64,000 nt of DNA, taken from positions 32,001 to 96,000 of the forward strand of contig JBHLOC010000008.1 in NCBI GenBank assembly GCA_048940925.1, given 5' to 3'. Of this stretch, positions 20,998-30,741 are shown piece by piece. How positions within the stretch are numbered: position 1 is the stretch's first letter; every line of letters starts with the position of its first letter. The position numbers and the translations under genes were made by a program. The notes beneath the pieces are model-generated. The model had not been told where the DNA came from. It worked only from the letters and a program-made list of their open reading frames with translations, and did no database searches. Source of the stretch: Promethearchaeota archaeon (GTDB lineage Archaea > Asgardarchaeota > Lokiarchaeia > Sigyniarchaeales > SOKP01).

Positions 20998-22278
20998 ATG
21001 AAAGATTTTCATTCAGATATTTCTGGGTTTTATAAATTATCAATTGATGAACGTCTAAAATTATTATCTGAACTTATTAATTTAAGTCAAGATGAAATTG
21101 AAATACTAAAGACATTAGGTTATTTTACATCAACTCAGATTGATACATTAATCGAGAATGTAGTAGGAAGCTATCAGTTACCATTTGGTCTTGCCTTTAA
21201 CTTTAGAATTAATAACAGAGACTATATCATACCCATGGTTATTGAAGAACCTTCGGTGGTGGCAGCTGCTTCAAATGCTGCTAAAATGGCCCGAGAGCAT
21301 GGTGGATTTCACTCAGAGGAGGTAAAATCAGTAATGATCTCTCAGATTCAAATAACTCAAATTCAAGATATTGAGTATGTACGACAGCAAATTTTAAATA
21401 ACAAAGACCAAATCTTAAAAATCGCCAACGAACAAGATCCTTTATTAAATAAATTAGGTGGTGGTGCACTTGATCTTGAACTTCGAGAGTTAGATACAAA
21501 TAGAGGTAAGATGATGATAATTCATTTATTGGTTAATGTTCTAGATGCCATGGGCGCCAACATAGTTAACACAATGGCAGAAGCTATAAGCCCTTTTATT
21601 GAAGAAATCACAGAAGGAAAAATTTATTTGCGAATTTTATCGAATCTAGCTACTCATCGAATTGCTAAGAGTAAAGCAACTTTTGATAAAGAGTTATTAG
21701 GGGGAGAAGAAGTAGTGGAAGGAATACTAAATGCTTATGAATTTGCTTTAGCTGATCCATATCGTGCGACCACTCATAATAAAGGAATAATGAATGGTAT
21801 TATTGCCTTAACATTAGCAACTGGAAATGATACTCGCGCTATTGAATCAGGTGCTCATGCATTTGCCTCTTTGAGTGGAAAGTACTCTCCGTTAACTAAA
21901 TTCGGATTAGATTCAAAAGGAAATTTAGTTGGAGAAATTGAGCTACCTCTTGCTTTAGGAATTGTTGGAGGTATGACAAAAATACATCCTATGGCACGAC
22001 TAGCTTTAAAAATATTAAATGTACAAAGTGCGAATGAGCTCTCACAGGTGGGTGCTGCTCTTGGTTTGGCACAAAATGTGGCAGCTTTAAGAGCCTTAGC
22101 AGCAGAAGGTATTCAAAAGGGTCATATGGCACTCCATTCTCGTAATATTGCAAAAGTCGCAGGAGTACCTGATAAATTAGTAGAGAGAGTTGCCAAAAAA
22201 ATGATAGAAGAGAAAAAAATAAGAGTTGATTATGCAAGAGAAATTTTACAAAAAATAAATGATGATGAAAACCTTTAG
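20998..22278 (+). CDS. mvaA: HMG-CoA reductase, class II
   Basis: ENVVG, EEPSVVAAAS, DAMGAN, THNKGIMNG, GNDTRA and GIQKGHMALH. Confidence 0.95.
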   Translation: MKDFHSDISGFYKLSIDERLKLLSELINLSQDEIEILKTLGYFTSTQIDTLIENVVGSYQLPFGLAFNFRINNRDYIIPMVIEEPSVVAAASNAAKMAREHGGFHSEEVKSVMISQIQITQIQDIEYVRQQILNNKDQILKIANEQDPLLNKLGGGALDLELRELDTNRGKMMIIHLLVNVLDAMGANIVNTMAEAISPFIEEITEGKIYLRILSNLATHRIAKSKATFDKELLGGEEVVEGILNAYEFALADPYRATTHNKGIMNGIIALTLATGNDTRAIESGAHAFASLSGKYSPLTKFGLDSKGNLVGEIELPLALGIVGGMTKIHPMARLALKILNVQSANELSQVGAALGLAQNVAALRALAAEGIQKGHMALHSRNIAKVAGVPDKLVERVAKKMIEEKKIRVDYAREILQKINDDENL

Positions 22279-22359
22279 TTTTATAAAAAGTGGTTCTGTA
22301 ACTCCTCTAAGAAAAACCACAATTATTATTCATATTATCAAGATAACCATGTATAGAAG

Positions 22360-23670
22360 ATGAGTTATATGGGATTTAGAGAATATATAAATAAAATAGA
22401 TAAAGAAGGAATACTCCGAAAGGTGGATGTAGAAGTTTCCAAAAGACTAGAAATTGCTGGTATTTTGAAAGAGATTGAACCAACTCCCGTAATATTTAAT
22501 AATATAAGAGAATCTGATTTTCGTGTTGTAGGTAATGTGTTCTGTACTAAGAATGTTATTGCTTCATATTTCGGTGTGACTCCTGCAGATCTCATACCAA
22601 TGCTTTCAAAAGCAATAACAGAACGTTCTGAACCGGAAATCGTATCTAATGCCCCTTGTCAAGAAGTGATCGAATCAAGTGTAGATTTAGATAAAATACC
22701 CATTTTATTTCATTGTGAAAAAGATGGTGGAAACTACATTAGTTCTGCAGTTGTTGTAACCAGAGATCCGGATTATGGGCAAAACTTAGATTTTCATCGA
22801 GCAATGCAATATTCTAAAGACAAATTTGCTACTCGAATAGTCAAAGGACGCCACTTTTATAAATTTTTAGAAAAAAATGGCGAAGTAGAAGTTGCATATT
22901 GTGTAGGTAATACCCCCAACATTCTGATAGCCGGAGCTACGTCTGTAGATATTGGTGTTGATGAATTACACATTGCTAATGCACTAGAACCAATTAAAGT
23001 TGTAAAGGCAAATTCAGTGGATCTTATAATACCCGCAGAAGCTGAGTTTGTATTAGAAGGTCGTGTTTACTTTGAAGAAAGACATGTTGAAGGTCCTTTT
23101 ATTGATCTGACTGAAACATATGATGTAATTAGAGAAGAACCTATTTTTGAAGTTAAGAGAATTACTCATAGAAAAGATGCGATTTGGCAAGCCTTATTAC
23201 CAGGAGCACTTGAACATAAAATATTAATGGGTATGCCTAGGGAACCCACTATTTTCAATAAAGTAAATGAAGCAGGAGTTAAGTGTTTGGATGTAAATAT
23301 TAGTCCTGGTGGGTCTTCTTGGTTGCATGCAATAGTCCAAATTGATAAAAAATCAGAAGAAGATGGAAGAAAGGCAATTGAAGGAACTTTTGCAGGGCAT
23401 ACAAGCTGTAAACATGCTTTTATTGTCGATAAAGATATTAATATCTATGATCCTTTATCAGTAGAATGGGCGATGGCGACTCGTTTTCAAGGAGATACTA
23501 GAATGATTGTGAAAGATAAAGAACCAGGTAGCAGTTTAGACCCAAGCGCGGAACCTGGAACAAAAATGACCACAAAAATTGGTTTTGATTTAACAAAACC
23601 TTTGGTTGTGAAAGGGAAAAGTTTTGACATTGCAGAGTTTCCTAAAGTAGATATTAATAAATATTTTTAA
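22360..23670 (+). CDS. UbiD-family decarboxylase, probable trans-anhydromevalonate phosphate decarboxylase
   Basis: EGPF, VDKDINI, WAMATRFQ and SSLDPS; located in the MVA operon next to the aconitase X subunits. Confidence 0.85.
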   Translation: MSYMGFREYINKIDKEGILRKVDVEVSKRLEIAGILKEIEPTPVIFNNIRESDFRVVGNVFCTKNVIASYFGVTPADLIPMLSKAITERSEPEIVSNAPCQEVIESSVDLDKIPILFHCEKDGGNYISSAVVVTRDPDYGQNLDFHRAMQYSKDKFATRIVKGRHFYKFLEKNGEVEVAYCVGNTPNILIAGATSVDIGVDELHIANALEPIKVVKANSVDLIIPAEAEFVLEGRVYFEERHVEGPFIDLTETYDVIREEPIFEVKRITHRKDAIWQALLPGALEHKILMGMPREPTIFNKVNEAGVKCLDVNISPGGSSWLHAIVQIDKKSEEDGRKAIEGTFAGHTSCKHAFIVDKDINIYDPLSVEWAMATRFQGDTRMIVKDKEPGSSLDPSAEPGTKMTTKIGFDLTKPLVVKGKSFDIAEFPKVDINKYF

Positions 23671-23688
23671 TATTGGAGTAGTTGGAAA

Positions 23689-24882
23689 ATGAAATTAACA
23701 TCTGAAGAACAGGATATGTTAGAGGGCAAGTATGGAAAAGCTGCTAAAAAATCAATGGAAATTTTAACCACACTGGGGGAAATATTTGATGCAGAGGATA
23801 TGATCGATATAGTTGGTGTTCAGATAGCAGGCGTCTCTTATGATAATCTTGGTGAAGCAGGATTAGAATTTTTGAGTGAAATGGCAGAAGATGGTAAAAT
23901 TCGCGTTTTAACCACCTTAAATCCTGCTGGAATGGATCGTGAAAATTGGCAAAGGTTAGGTATTGATGAAGAATTTGCCAAAAACCAAAATCGTGCTATA
24001 GATGCATTTGCTAAAATGGGTATAATTACCACCTGTTCTTGTACTCCATACTTAATTGGAATTAGCCCACATTATGGACAACATCTCGCTTGGGCAGAGA
24101 GTAGTGCTGTATGTTATGCAAATTCTGTTATTGGCGCTCGAACTAATCGTGAAGGAGGGCCAAGCGCATTGGCATCAGCATTAACAGGAAAAACACCTAG
24201 ATATGGTTATCACTTGGATGAAAATCGCCACGGGCAAGTTTTAATCAAAGTGAATACTTCTGTTAATGGAACTGATGAATTTGGAGTTCTTGGAAAAATT
24301 ATTGGTGATAAATTGGGGGAATTAGGCAAAAAAATTCCCTATATAATTGGAATTCTAGCAGCTACTGTTGAAGAACTTAAGTCCTTTTGTGCATCTGTTG
24401 CTACTTATGGTGGAACAGCTTTGTTTCATATGGAGGGTATTACTCCCGAGTCTGAAAAATATCCCAAACCAAGTGATACCGTTTTTGAAATAAATCAATC
24501 TGATTTAGAAAAAACGCGAACTGAACTTATTGATGAAGATAGCGAAATTGATTTTGTCAGTATTGGTTGTCCTCACGCCTCAATCCATGAAATCGCAACA
24601 ATCGCAAATTTATTAGAAGGCAAGAAAGTAAAGAAAGAATTTTGGATAACTACTGCTCGACCAACAAAGAAAATTGCTGATGAAGCTGGGTATTCCAAAA
24701 TTATTGAAGAAGCAGGAGCGAAATTTGCAGCAGATACATGTTGTGTAGTAGCTCCTATTAAAGGACGTTTTAAAGGAATTATGGTAGATTCAGCTAAAGC
24801 ATGTTATTATGGTCGTGCAAGAAATAAATTTAAAGTAAAAATTGGCACAGTTGAAGAATGTGTTGAGGAGGCAACAAAATGA
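23689..24882 (+). CDS. Phosphomevalonate dehydratase large subunit (aconitase X)
   Basis: TTLNP, CSCTPY, WAESSA, GARTNREG, GCPHAS, DTC and DSAK. Confidence 0.88.
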   Translation: MKLTSEEQDMLEGKYGKAAKKSMEILTTLGEIFDAEDMIDIVGVQIAGVSYDNLGEAGLEFLSEMAEDGKIRVLTTLNPAGMDRENWQRLGIDEEFAKNQNRAIDAFAKMGIITTCSCTPYLIGISPHYGQHLAWAESSAVCYANSVIGARTNREGGPSALASALTGKTPRYGYHLDENRHGQVLIKVNTSVNGTDEFGVLGKIIGDKLGELGKKIPYIIGILAATVEELKSFCASVATYGGTALFHMEGITPESEKYPKPSDTVFEINQSDLEKTRTELIDEDSEIDFVSIGCPHASIHEIATIANLLEGKKVKKEFWITTARPTKKIADEAGYSKIIEEAGAKFAADTCCVVAPIKGRFKGIMVDSAKACYYGRARNKFKVKIGTVEECVEEATK

Positions 24883-25271
24883 AGTTACAAGGAAGAAAAA
24901 TATATAATGGAATAGTTGAGGCAGAAGCTCTAGTAACTAAGGATGGTATTTCATTTTATGGAGGGGTTGATCCTGATACTGGTAAGGTAGTCGAAGTTGG
25001 TCATGAACTTGAAGGTCAATCAGTCTCAGGAAAGGTCTTAGTATTTCCAACCGGTAAAGGTTCCACAGTAGGATCATATACAATGTATCGAATGATGAAA
25101 AACAATACTGCACCAGCTGCTATCGTAAATGAACAAATAGATACCATTATAGCCGTCGGGTGTATAATTAGTGAAATTCCTTGTGTGGACAAAATTAATA
25201 TTGATGACATAAAAACAGGTCAAAAACTCGTTGTCAATGGTTCAGATGGAACAATTGAATTAATAGATTAG
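24879..25271 (+). CDS. Phosphomevalonate dehydratase small subunit (DUF126 swiveling domain)
   Basis: ISFYGGVDP and KGSTVGSY; ATGA overlap with the large subunit. Confidence 0.88.
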   Translation: MKLQGRKIYNGIVEAEALVTKDGISFYGGVDPDTGKVVEVGHELEGQSVSGKVLVFPTGKGSTVGSYTMYRMMKNNTAPAAIVNEQIDTIIAVGCIISEIPCVDKINIDDIKTGQKLVVNGSDGTIELID

Positions 25272-25287
25272 TTTTATTTTGATATTA

Positions 25288-26298
25288 ATGAAATCTTCTG
25301 CAATTGCCCATTCAAATATAGCGTTGATAAAATATTGGGGTCATTGGGATAAAGTTTCCCCCGAATTAAATATACCTTTAAATGATAGCGTAAGCATGAC
25401 AAAATATGGGCTATCAGAAAATACTCACTTACAAGCTCATACAACAATTGAATTCTCAGAGAATTTCAAAGAAAATCAGGCAATATTAAATAATAACCTT
25501 TTGAAAGGAAGAGATTTAGAAAGAATATTAAAAATCATAAATCCATTAAAAAAACTGAAAAAAATTGATTACAATTTTAAAATGGTGAGTTTTAATGATT
25601 TTCCCACCCAAGCAGGTCTAGCATCTTCCGCAGCTGGGTTTGCTGCACTTACCATTGCCACTGCAAAAGCTTTGGATTTGGATCTAGCCCAAAAAGAATT
25701 ATCAACATTTGCTAGATTAGGTTCTGGTTCTGCAGCACGCTCAATTCATGGTGGGTTTGTATATTGGCATCGTGGTTTCTCCCATGAGACTTCTTATACT
25801 GAGCAGATATGTAGTTCAGAACACTTTGATATAAATGCAGTTATTGCAATAGTTGATGAAGGAAGAAAGGATGTCACCTCTGACCTTGGACATGAATTAG
25901 CAAAGACAAGTATATTTAATGCAATTCGAGTTAAAAAATCGCATGAAGAAGCTAAAGAAATTAAGAGTGCAATTCTAGACGATGATTTTAAGAAAGTTGG
26001 AATGATTGCTGAGAAAAATTGCTTATATATGCATGCTGTAATGATGACTTCTGAACCCGCTTTATTTTATTGGAATCCACTTACTTTAAAAGTAATAAAG
26101 AAAGTGTTGTATATACGAAAATCAGAAAAAATAGATTGCTTCTTTACAATCGATGCAGGTCCAAATGTACATTGTTTTTGCAGACCAGAAAATATTGATT
26201 GTATTCAAAAAATGCTAGGATCTATAGAAGGTATTGAAAAAACTATCCTTATAAAACCTGCTAATGATTCTTATCCGACAAATGAACATTTGTTTTAA
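25288..26298 (+). CDS. mvaD: (Di)phosphomevalonate decarboxylase family GHMP protein
   Basis: NIALIKYWG, FPTQAGLASSAAG, ARLGSGSAARS and TIDAGPNVH. Confidence 0.88.
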   Translation: MKSSAIAHSNIALIKYWGHWDKVSPELNIPLNDSVSMTKYGLSENTHLQAHTTIEFSENFKENQAILNNNLLKGRDLERILKIINPLKKLKKIDYNFKMVSFNDFPTQAGLASSAAGFAALTIATAKALDLDLAQKELSTFARLGSGSAARSIHGGFVYWHRGFSHETSYTEQICSSEHFDINAVIAIVDEGRKDVTSDLGHELAKTSIFNAIRVKKSHEEAKEIKSAILDDDFKKVGMIAEKNCLYMHAVMMTSEPALFYWNPLTLKVIKKVLYIRKSEKIDCFFTIDAGPNVHCFCRPENIDCIQKMLGSIEGIEKTILIKPANDSYPTNEHLF

Positions 26299-26441
26299 AA
26301 ATATACATAATTAGTATCTCTCTGATCCAACTGTTCAAATAAAATTAAAAATTATCAAAATAAGTTATAGGTTAAGAAATTTAAATAGATTTGAATATTT
26401 TCAAATTTTATCATATCATACAAAATTAATTGGTGAAAAAT

Positions 26442-27408
26442 TTGGGAACTGGAAAAGGCTTTGGAAAGACCATACTTTTTGGCGAAATTTTATCCCTCTT
26501 TCAGGTATAAACGCAAACATTTTGTAGTGTATGGCTTACCAGCAATTGCTTCAGCATTAAGTTCTTTTACTACAGCTAAAGTAAAAGTTGTTAAAGGAAA
26601 TGGTTGGGTGGTTGATGATCAAAGACCTGCTACACCTGGATATAAGGAACAAAAATATAATGATGCTATGCAATCTATTGTAAATGTGATTCAGCATTTA
26701 AACATTGATTCGGAGAATCAAAAACTTGAAATAACTTTTGCTGGTGACTTAATAGCTGCGAGTGGTGTCGGTGCATCGGCAGCTCAATGTACTTCTTTAG
26801 CTCGTGCAATAAATAATACTTTTAATCTAAACCTAAATAATGAAGAGATTAACGAAGCAGCATATGAAGGAGAGAAAGCATATCATGGGACGCCATCAGG
26901 AATTGATAATACAGCTTCTACATATGGTGGTTTGATTTGGTTCATTAAGAATTTAAGCGGTGGAAAGAATAAGATGGATTTACTACAATCACCAAAAAGG
27001 ATCCCCCTTGTGATCGGGAATACTGGAATAACTGCCTCGACTACAGAGGTTGTTTCGGATGTAAGAAGCCAAAAAGAAGAAAATCCAGAAAAGTATGAGA
27101 AAATCTTTAATGACTATAAAATATTAGCAACTAAAGCAAAGGATGCGTTATTAAGGGGTGATATCAATGAGATTGGAAGACTTATGAATCAAAATCATAA
27201 ATTATTACAAGATATAACCGTATCTGGAGAATTAAATGATAAATTAGTGGATGTAGCACTTAAAAATGGTGCTGTTGGTGCAAAAATGACTGGAACTGGA
27301 CGTGGAGGCTTGATAATAGCATTAGCTGAAAATGAAGAAATACAAGGGCAAATAGCAAATGCAATCAAGAGAGAGGGATATGATGCTTGGGAAACTATGA
27401 TTGGATGA
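26442..27408 (+). CDS. mvk: Mevalonate kinase, split by a 31-nt BHB-type intron (exons 26442-26486 and 26518-27408; 311 aa spliced)
   Basis: TTG start 5 nt after SD GGTGA gives MGTGKGFGKTILFGE, which joins HFVVYGLPAIA. Downstream motifs: GVGASAA, HGTPSGIDN and GAKMTGTGRGG. Confidence 0.9.
26487..26517 (+). other. Putative BHB-type mRNA intron in mvk (31 nt)
   Basis: GGCG-AA|A-TTTTATCCCT-CTTTC-AGGTATAAA-CGCA-AA|C. Removal restores GGC GAA CAT TTT (GEHF); the unspliced frame hits TAA at 26508-26510. Confidence 0.8.
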
Positions 27409-27457
27409 GAAAAAAGTTACCTAAAATTAAACACTCTGAAATTATATTTTATTTATC

Positions 27458-28162
27458 ATGAATGATCTCGACCTTGATATTCGACCAATCACTATGGACG
27501 AATGGTTACCAGATCGTTGTCTCGGAGGTGGCAAACCAATTGATCCTTCCAAACTCACACTTCAAGCTGGCTGCACCAGTCTTTGCTTGTTCTATACCGC
27601 TACCGCACTAGGGATATCACGTCAAGAATCACTTACTCAACCAGCAGATGAAATTAAGAAAAAGGCTGATCGAGAACCTGCATGTCGTAGCATGTTGGTT
27701 GAATTATATCGTGAAACAATCGAAAAACATGGAGGTTGTGGTTTTGTTGCTTGGTATGAAGGTAAAATCGTAGGGTACCATAATTTCTTCCCTCGGAATA
27801 TTGCACGCAGGATTAAGTTCTTTGGTTGGGGAGAAGATATTGACAGTTCTAAACTAACACTCATACACAATTGCATTACCCATATACGTGGAGATTACCG
27901 TCGTAAGAAGATTGGAACACGACTTGCCCGGACATCCTTGACATGGGCGAAAGAAAACGGATGGGAACGGTTTGAGGTACATCTTGTACTCCCGGACGTT
28001 GAAAATGGTTTCCGCAATGAGCAAAAGTCATGTCGTACCTTCTGGGAAAAACTGGGATTGACGGTATTTAGAACATTTTCTTCAGATGAAGAAACACAAA
28101 AAGTTTATGGTGTACCAGTCCGACACTCTATGGCGGTTGATCTGACAACGTGGAAACCCTGA
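27458..28162 (+). CDS. GNAT-family acetyltransferase, probably horizontally acquired
   Basis: YRRKKIGTRL acetyl-CoA motif and FWEKLG; visibly more GC-rich than neighbours. Confidence 0.7.
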   Translation: MNDLDLDIRPITMDEWLPDRCLGGGKPIDPSKLTLQAGCTSLCLFYTATALGISRQESLTQPADEIKKKADREPACRSMLVELYRETIEKHGGCGFVAWYEGKIVGYHNFFPRNIARRIKFFGWGEDIDSSKLTLIHNCITHIRGDYRRKKIGTRLARTSLTWAKENGWERFEVHLVLPDVENGFRNEQKSCRTFWEKLGLTVFRTFSSDEETQKVYGVPVRHSMAVDLTTWKP

Positions 28163-28301
28163 AACTCCCAACATTAATAATATAAATAATAATTGAAAGA
28201 AATTAAATCTAAATATTACAGGTTTTATGTAATATCTTTGATTAAAAAATTTGTGGATTTATAGCTTAACAAAGAAGACCTGTTAAATTATTCCTTATTA
28301 A

Positions 28302-28513
28302 GATATAGGAGGATTTGCTTATAACTTCCTTCGTTCTGCATGGAAAGACCGAAAAGAAAATTCCATTTCTAATACTGTTAAAGAAATAAAAATTTTAAAA
28401 AATGAATTAAGATCTCGTGTATGGTTAATGAATTTAGATAAGATTGAAAAATTAATAGGTAGACGAGATAAATATGTTATTTTTGGGGTTTATATAGGTG
28501 GTTTCATCAATAG
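28302..28513 (+). pseudogene. Remnant of the type 2 IPP isomerase C-terminus
   Basis: Translates DIGGFAYNFLRSAWKD..VKEIKILKNELRSRVWLMN.. then shifts frame to LYRWFHQ*. This parallels NIGGFAFKFLKTAWKD..IKEIKTLKQELRSSLWLMN..LYQWINQ* in 35172-37070. Confidence 0.85.
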
Positions 28514-28515
28514 CT

Positions 28516-29067
28516 CTATACTGATCCCCATCTTTTTATATTGGTTTCTAAACCTATCTGGTCAAGTATTCTTCCTACAGTATGTTCAATTAATTCAGTA
28601 ACATCTTTAGGTTTAATATAGTAAGAAGGAACAGGTGGAGCGATTATAACTCCTAACCTCGCCAGTTTTAGCATATTTTCTAAATGAATTGCATTTAATG
28701 GACTTTCTCTTACAACTAATATGAGTTTTCTTTGTTCTTTTATCATTACATCTGCTGCCCGAGTAATCAAATTATCTGCATATCCGTTTGCAATTGCTGC
28801 TAATGTTTTCATTGAACAAGGCACTATAATCATATTCTCTATTTTGTATGAGCCACTCGCTGGTGGAGCAGCCAAATCGTCTACTGTGTAATTCTTTGAA
28901 GCTAAATTACGGATCTTAGAAATAGAGTAATCTGTTTCAAGCTCAATTATTTTTTGAGCACTATCAGATATAATTAATTCTCGGTTAATTTCATTTTCTT
29001 TAAGGATTTCTAATAATCGTATGGCAATTTGAACACCAGTTGCCCCTGAAATCGCAATTAACACCAT
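28516..29067 (-). CDS. ubiX: Flavin prenyltransferase
   Basis: AISGATG, ASGS, PCSMKTLAAIA, RAADV.IKE and RESPL..IHLEN. Confidence 0.95.
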   Translation of the reverse strand: MVLIAISGATGVQIAIRLLEILKENEINRELIISDSAQKIIELETDYSISKIRNLASKNYTVDDLAAPPASGSYKIENMIIVPCSMKTLAAIANGYADNLITRAADVMIKEQRKLILVVRESPLNAIHLENMLKLARLGVIIAPPVPSYYIKPKDVTELIEHTVGRILDQIGLETNIKRWGSV

Positions 29068-29319
29068 AAGTTTGAAGTAGACCTTAATTTTTGTCTAATA
29101 AAATGTTTCAATTATTTTTAGGTTTTTCTAATTTTTATTATAATTCCGAAATCTAAAATGATAATCAACCTAATAAAATTTTATAATATTTAATTTAAAA
29201 CAAAAAATAATGTCATTTTAAGCTTTATAATAAAATTTAGTAATTCTCCAATCTCTATATGCATTAGTAAATGTTCTTCTTTTTCCTTTACATAAATAGA
29301 ATTATTTAGCTATAATAAA

Positions 29320-30687
29320 GTGAAATTATTTATTATTACAAATAACCAAATTGAGGAAATTCAAAAACTAATAAAAATAGAAATTGACTCCTATTACTCC
29401 AAATGTAAAAAACCTAATAGTTATTCTCAGATAGCTAAAGATCTCGGATTTAGCCCTCCGACTATTCGTAAATATGCAAAGAGATATTTAATTAGAGAAT
29501 ATGGAGAAAATGGTGGTTTAGAATTATACAATCAATACAAAAAGTTAAGTCGTAAAACACCAAATAAATGGACTTATGAGTATTTACAGGAATTAGCAAA
29601 AAGAAGAGGATTAGAAGAAAATAACATTGAAGGAAAGTTAATTACAACTAAAGATGAATTTTTCGAATCTATAAAAAGTCAATATCCAAGTGGTGTTAAG
29701 TTAAAATGGTGGTGTGGAAAAAAAAATCATGACCCATGGGAAACTTCTGGGAGTGAGGTAAAACGTAGTTGGTGTCCTAGATGTTTTAGAGAAAGAGTGA
29801 GCTTTTCATATAGTTATCTACATGCTTTAGCAAAAAAAAGAGGTTTTGAAGAAACTCGAATCGAAGGGATACTTATTACAAATAGGAAAGAATTCGCAAG
29901 ACTAATAAAAAAAGGTATCGAGCCAAGTAAAATAAAATTAAAATGGTGTTGTTGCATAAAAGATCATAATCCTTGGGAAGCTTCAGCTAAAGATATAAAA
30001 GGATATAACTCAAGAAAAGGATCTTGGTGCCCTAGATGTGCTATAGAAAAGAATAGTCTTTCATATGAAGACCTACGAGCTCTAGCCAAGAAAAGGGGCA
30101 TTGAAGAGACAGGAATAAAAGGAACGCTTATTACTAGTAAGCAAAAGTTCGAGAAATTAGCAAAAAGAGGTACTGAGCCAAGTAAAACAAAACTAAAGTG
30201 GTGGTGCTGTAATAAAGATCATGAACCATGGAAAGCTACTCCTAATAGCATAAGCAGAGGGACTTGGTGTCCGTATTGTTCACAAGGTAAGTATGAAAGG
30301 ATTTGTCGCCGTTTTTTCCAGATAATATTTAAAGAGAAATTTCGGAAAATTTCGTTATCAAATTTAATTAAGGATAGCGATATAAAAATGCACTTAGATG
30401 GGTATGCTAAAGTAAACATTCATGGTAAATTGATAAAACTAGCCTTTGAATACAATGGATATCAACATTACATATGGCCCAATGTGTACCATAACACTGT
30501 ACAAAAATTCCTTGAACAGCAAGACCGAGATATTCTAAAAAGAAAAATATGTGAAGAAAATGGAATCATTCTAATCGAGTTTCCATATAAGATAAGTCCT
30601 AGGATGAAAGAACCTGAAAAAATAAAGAATTTTATCATTAGTGGATTTGAGAATAAAACAGGTATAAAATTACCAAAATTACAATAA
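29320..30687 (+). CDS. Free-standing putative endonuclease: HTH, three Zn-ribbon repeats and a Vsr/DUF559-like nuclease domain
   Basis: SQIAKDLGFSPPTIRKY; three KLKW.C...H.PW...WCP.C units; HLDGY..AFEYNGYQHY..RD..KRKICEENGIILIEFPY. Confidence 0.75.
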   Translation: MKLFIITNNQIEEIQKLIKIEIDSYYSKCKKPNSYSQIAKDLGFSPPTIRKYAKRYLIREYGENGGLELYNQYKKLSRKTPNKWTYEYLQELAKRRGLEENNIEGKLITTKDEFFESIKSQYPSGVKLKWWCGKKNHDPWETSGSEVKRSWCPRCFRERVSFSYSYLHALAKKRGFEETRIEGILITNRKEFARLIKKGIEPSKIKLKWCCCIKDHNPWEASAKDIKGYNSRKGSWCPRCAIEKNSLSYEDLRALAKKRGIEETGIKGTLITSKQKFEKLAKRGTEPSKTKLKWWCCNKDHEPWKATPNSISRGTWCPYCSQGKYERICRRFFQIIFKEKFRKISLSNLIKDSDIKMHLDGYAKVNIHGKLIKLAFEYNGYQHYIWPNVYHNTVQKFLEQQDRDILKRKICEENGIILIEFPYKISPRMKEPEKIKNFIISGFENKTGIKLPKLQ

Positions 30688-30741
30688 CATAACTGTTCAA
30701 ACTAGTAAATCTATTTTTAAGGTGTGATAGAAATGCAAGAA

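Noticed and set aside
26461-26517. ORF-track N-terminus of mvk (MERPYFLAKF...) or a simple one-base frameshift error
   Set aside because: The conserved N-terminus is in another frame, and there are 31 extra nt rather than a single-base indel.
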